Source: Chromera velia (Eukaryota). Taken from it: a stretch of DNA of 20,000 nucleotides. A model generated the notes under the pieces. The model made no database searches and had not been told where the DNA came from. It was given only the letters and a program-made list of their open reading frames with translations. Positions 18,926 through 20,000 of the stretch are shown here, in pieces (within the stretch, counting starts at the first letter, position 1; the number at the start of each line of letters is the position of its first letter). The DNA lies in NCBI GenBank assembly GCA_018398765.1, contig JAHBMJ010000377.1:109754-129753 (forward strand). The letters are read 5' to 3'. The position numbers and the translations under genes are program-made.

Positions 18926-19540
18926 ACGCCCCTTTCCTGTTTGCCTCCTGCTGTGGCTGCTGCTGGTTCGCCCGGCCTGACTCCCGCTGCTCAGCCTGAT
19001 GAGGTTGGTTTAGTGCGTACCTACTTGTATGATTGTCTGAGTCTCCGGAATTAAATTGTGGAGTGCCGTGCATTTGTTCTGACAGACAGAAGCCAGTAGA
19101 CCTGAAATACCTGCATGTCCCTTCTTCCTCTTCACTTCTGCTCTCGTTTGGACGGTTGAAGTCGGGGGATATCACATAGAGTTTCTGTACTTGGCACCCT
19201 TCGACTCGAAGAAACTATCGTCAGATTAATAGGTTCTTGTGCTTGTGTCACTCTCTTGTGTTTTTCTGGCTCTCTGTATCCCCTTGCCTTCCTTCTAGCC
19301 TGAGGAAGAGGAAAACTCACTCAGTGGGTTCTTCTTTTTGGTCAGTCATTTAAGCATTCAGGCAGGCAGACAGAAATACAGGCACCCAAGTTCAAGGCAC
19401 CACCTGTAGCACTCTTTTCCAGGGCTCTCATGAAAAAAGATAGAGAACATACCTGCTTGTGAGGTACCTCCAGAGAACCTTCTGGCTTTTCCCGGACTAT
19501 TCGCCCACTGCCTCCCTCTGTGCGCGCGCGGTCGCCCCCC

Positions 19541-20000
<460 letters not shown>

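Overview
Eukaryotic nuclear DNA: intron-rich and dense in microsatellites, with an assembly gap at 16272-16505. The (GACA)n/(TG)n tracts and TGCATGCA motifs suggest a chromerid or apicomplexan-related alveolate such as Chromera, but that is inference only. I reconstructed three spliced genes by hand. (1) The 5' part of a minus-strand Ariadne-like RBR E3 ligase that runs off the left edge. (2) A two-exon plus-strand DUF6817/TPR-like gene of 402 aa (3361-4244 + 4763-5087). (3) A six-exon minus-strand PPPDE/DeSI peptidase of 230 aa (12240 to 6762) with an N-myristoylation motif and C-terminal p97/VCP-binding-like motifs. The right third holds repeats and a decayed LINE 3' end with an (ATCA)n tail. 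The most unusual signal is in the peptidase gene, where intron/exon junctions have been duplicated up to three times. A 9-copy 72-bp array amplifies a 3' splice site plus the catalytic His codon, with a stop in each read-through unit. A 40-bp duplication creates a CAG|GTAATT ratchet-like site. A possible diverged copy of exon 3 sits in intron 2. Most long ORFs in the supplied track are repeat artefacts.
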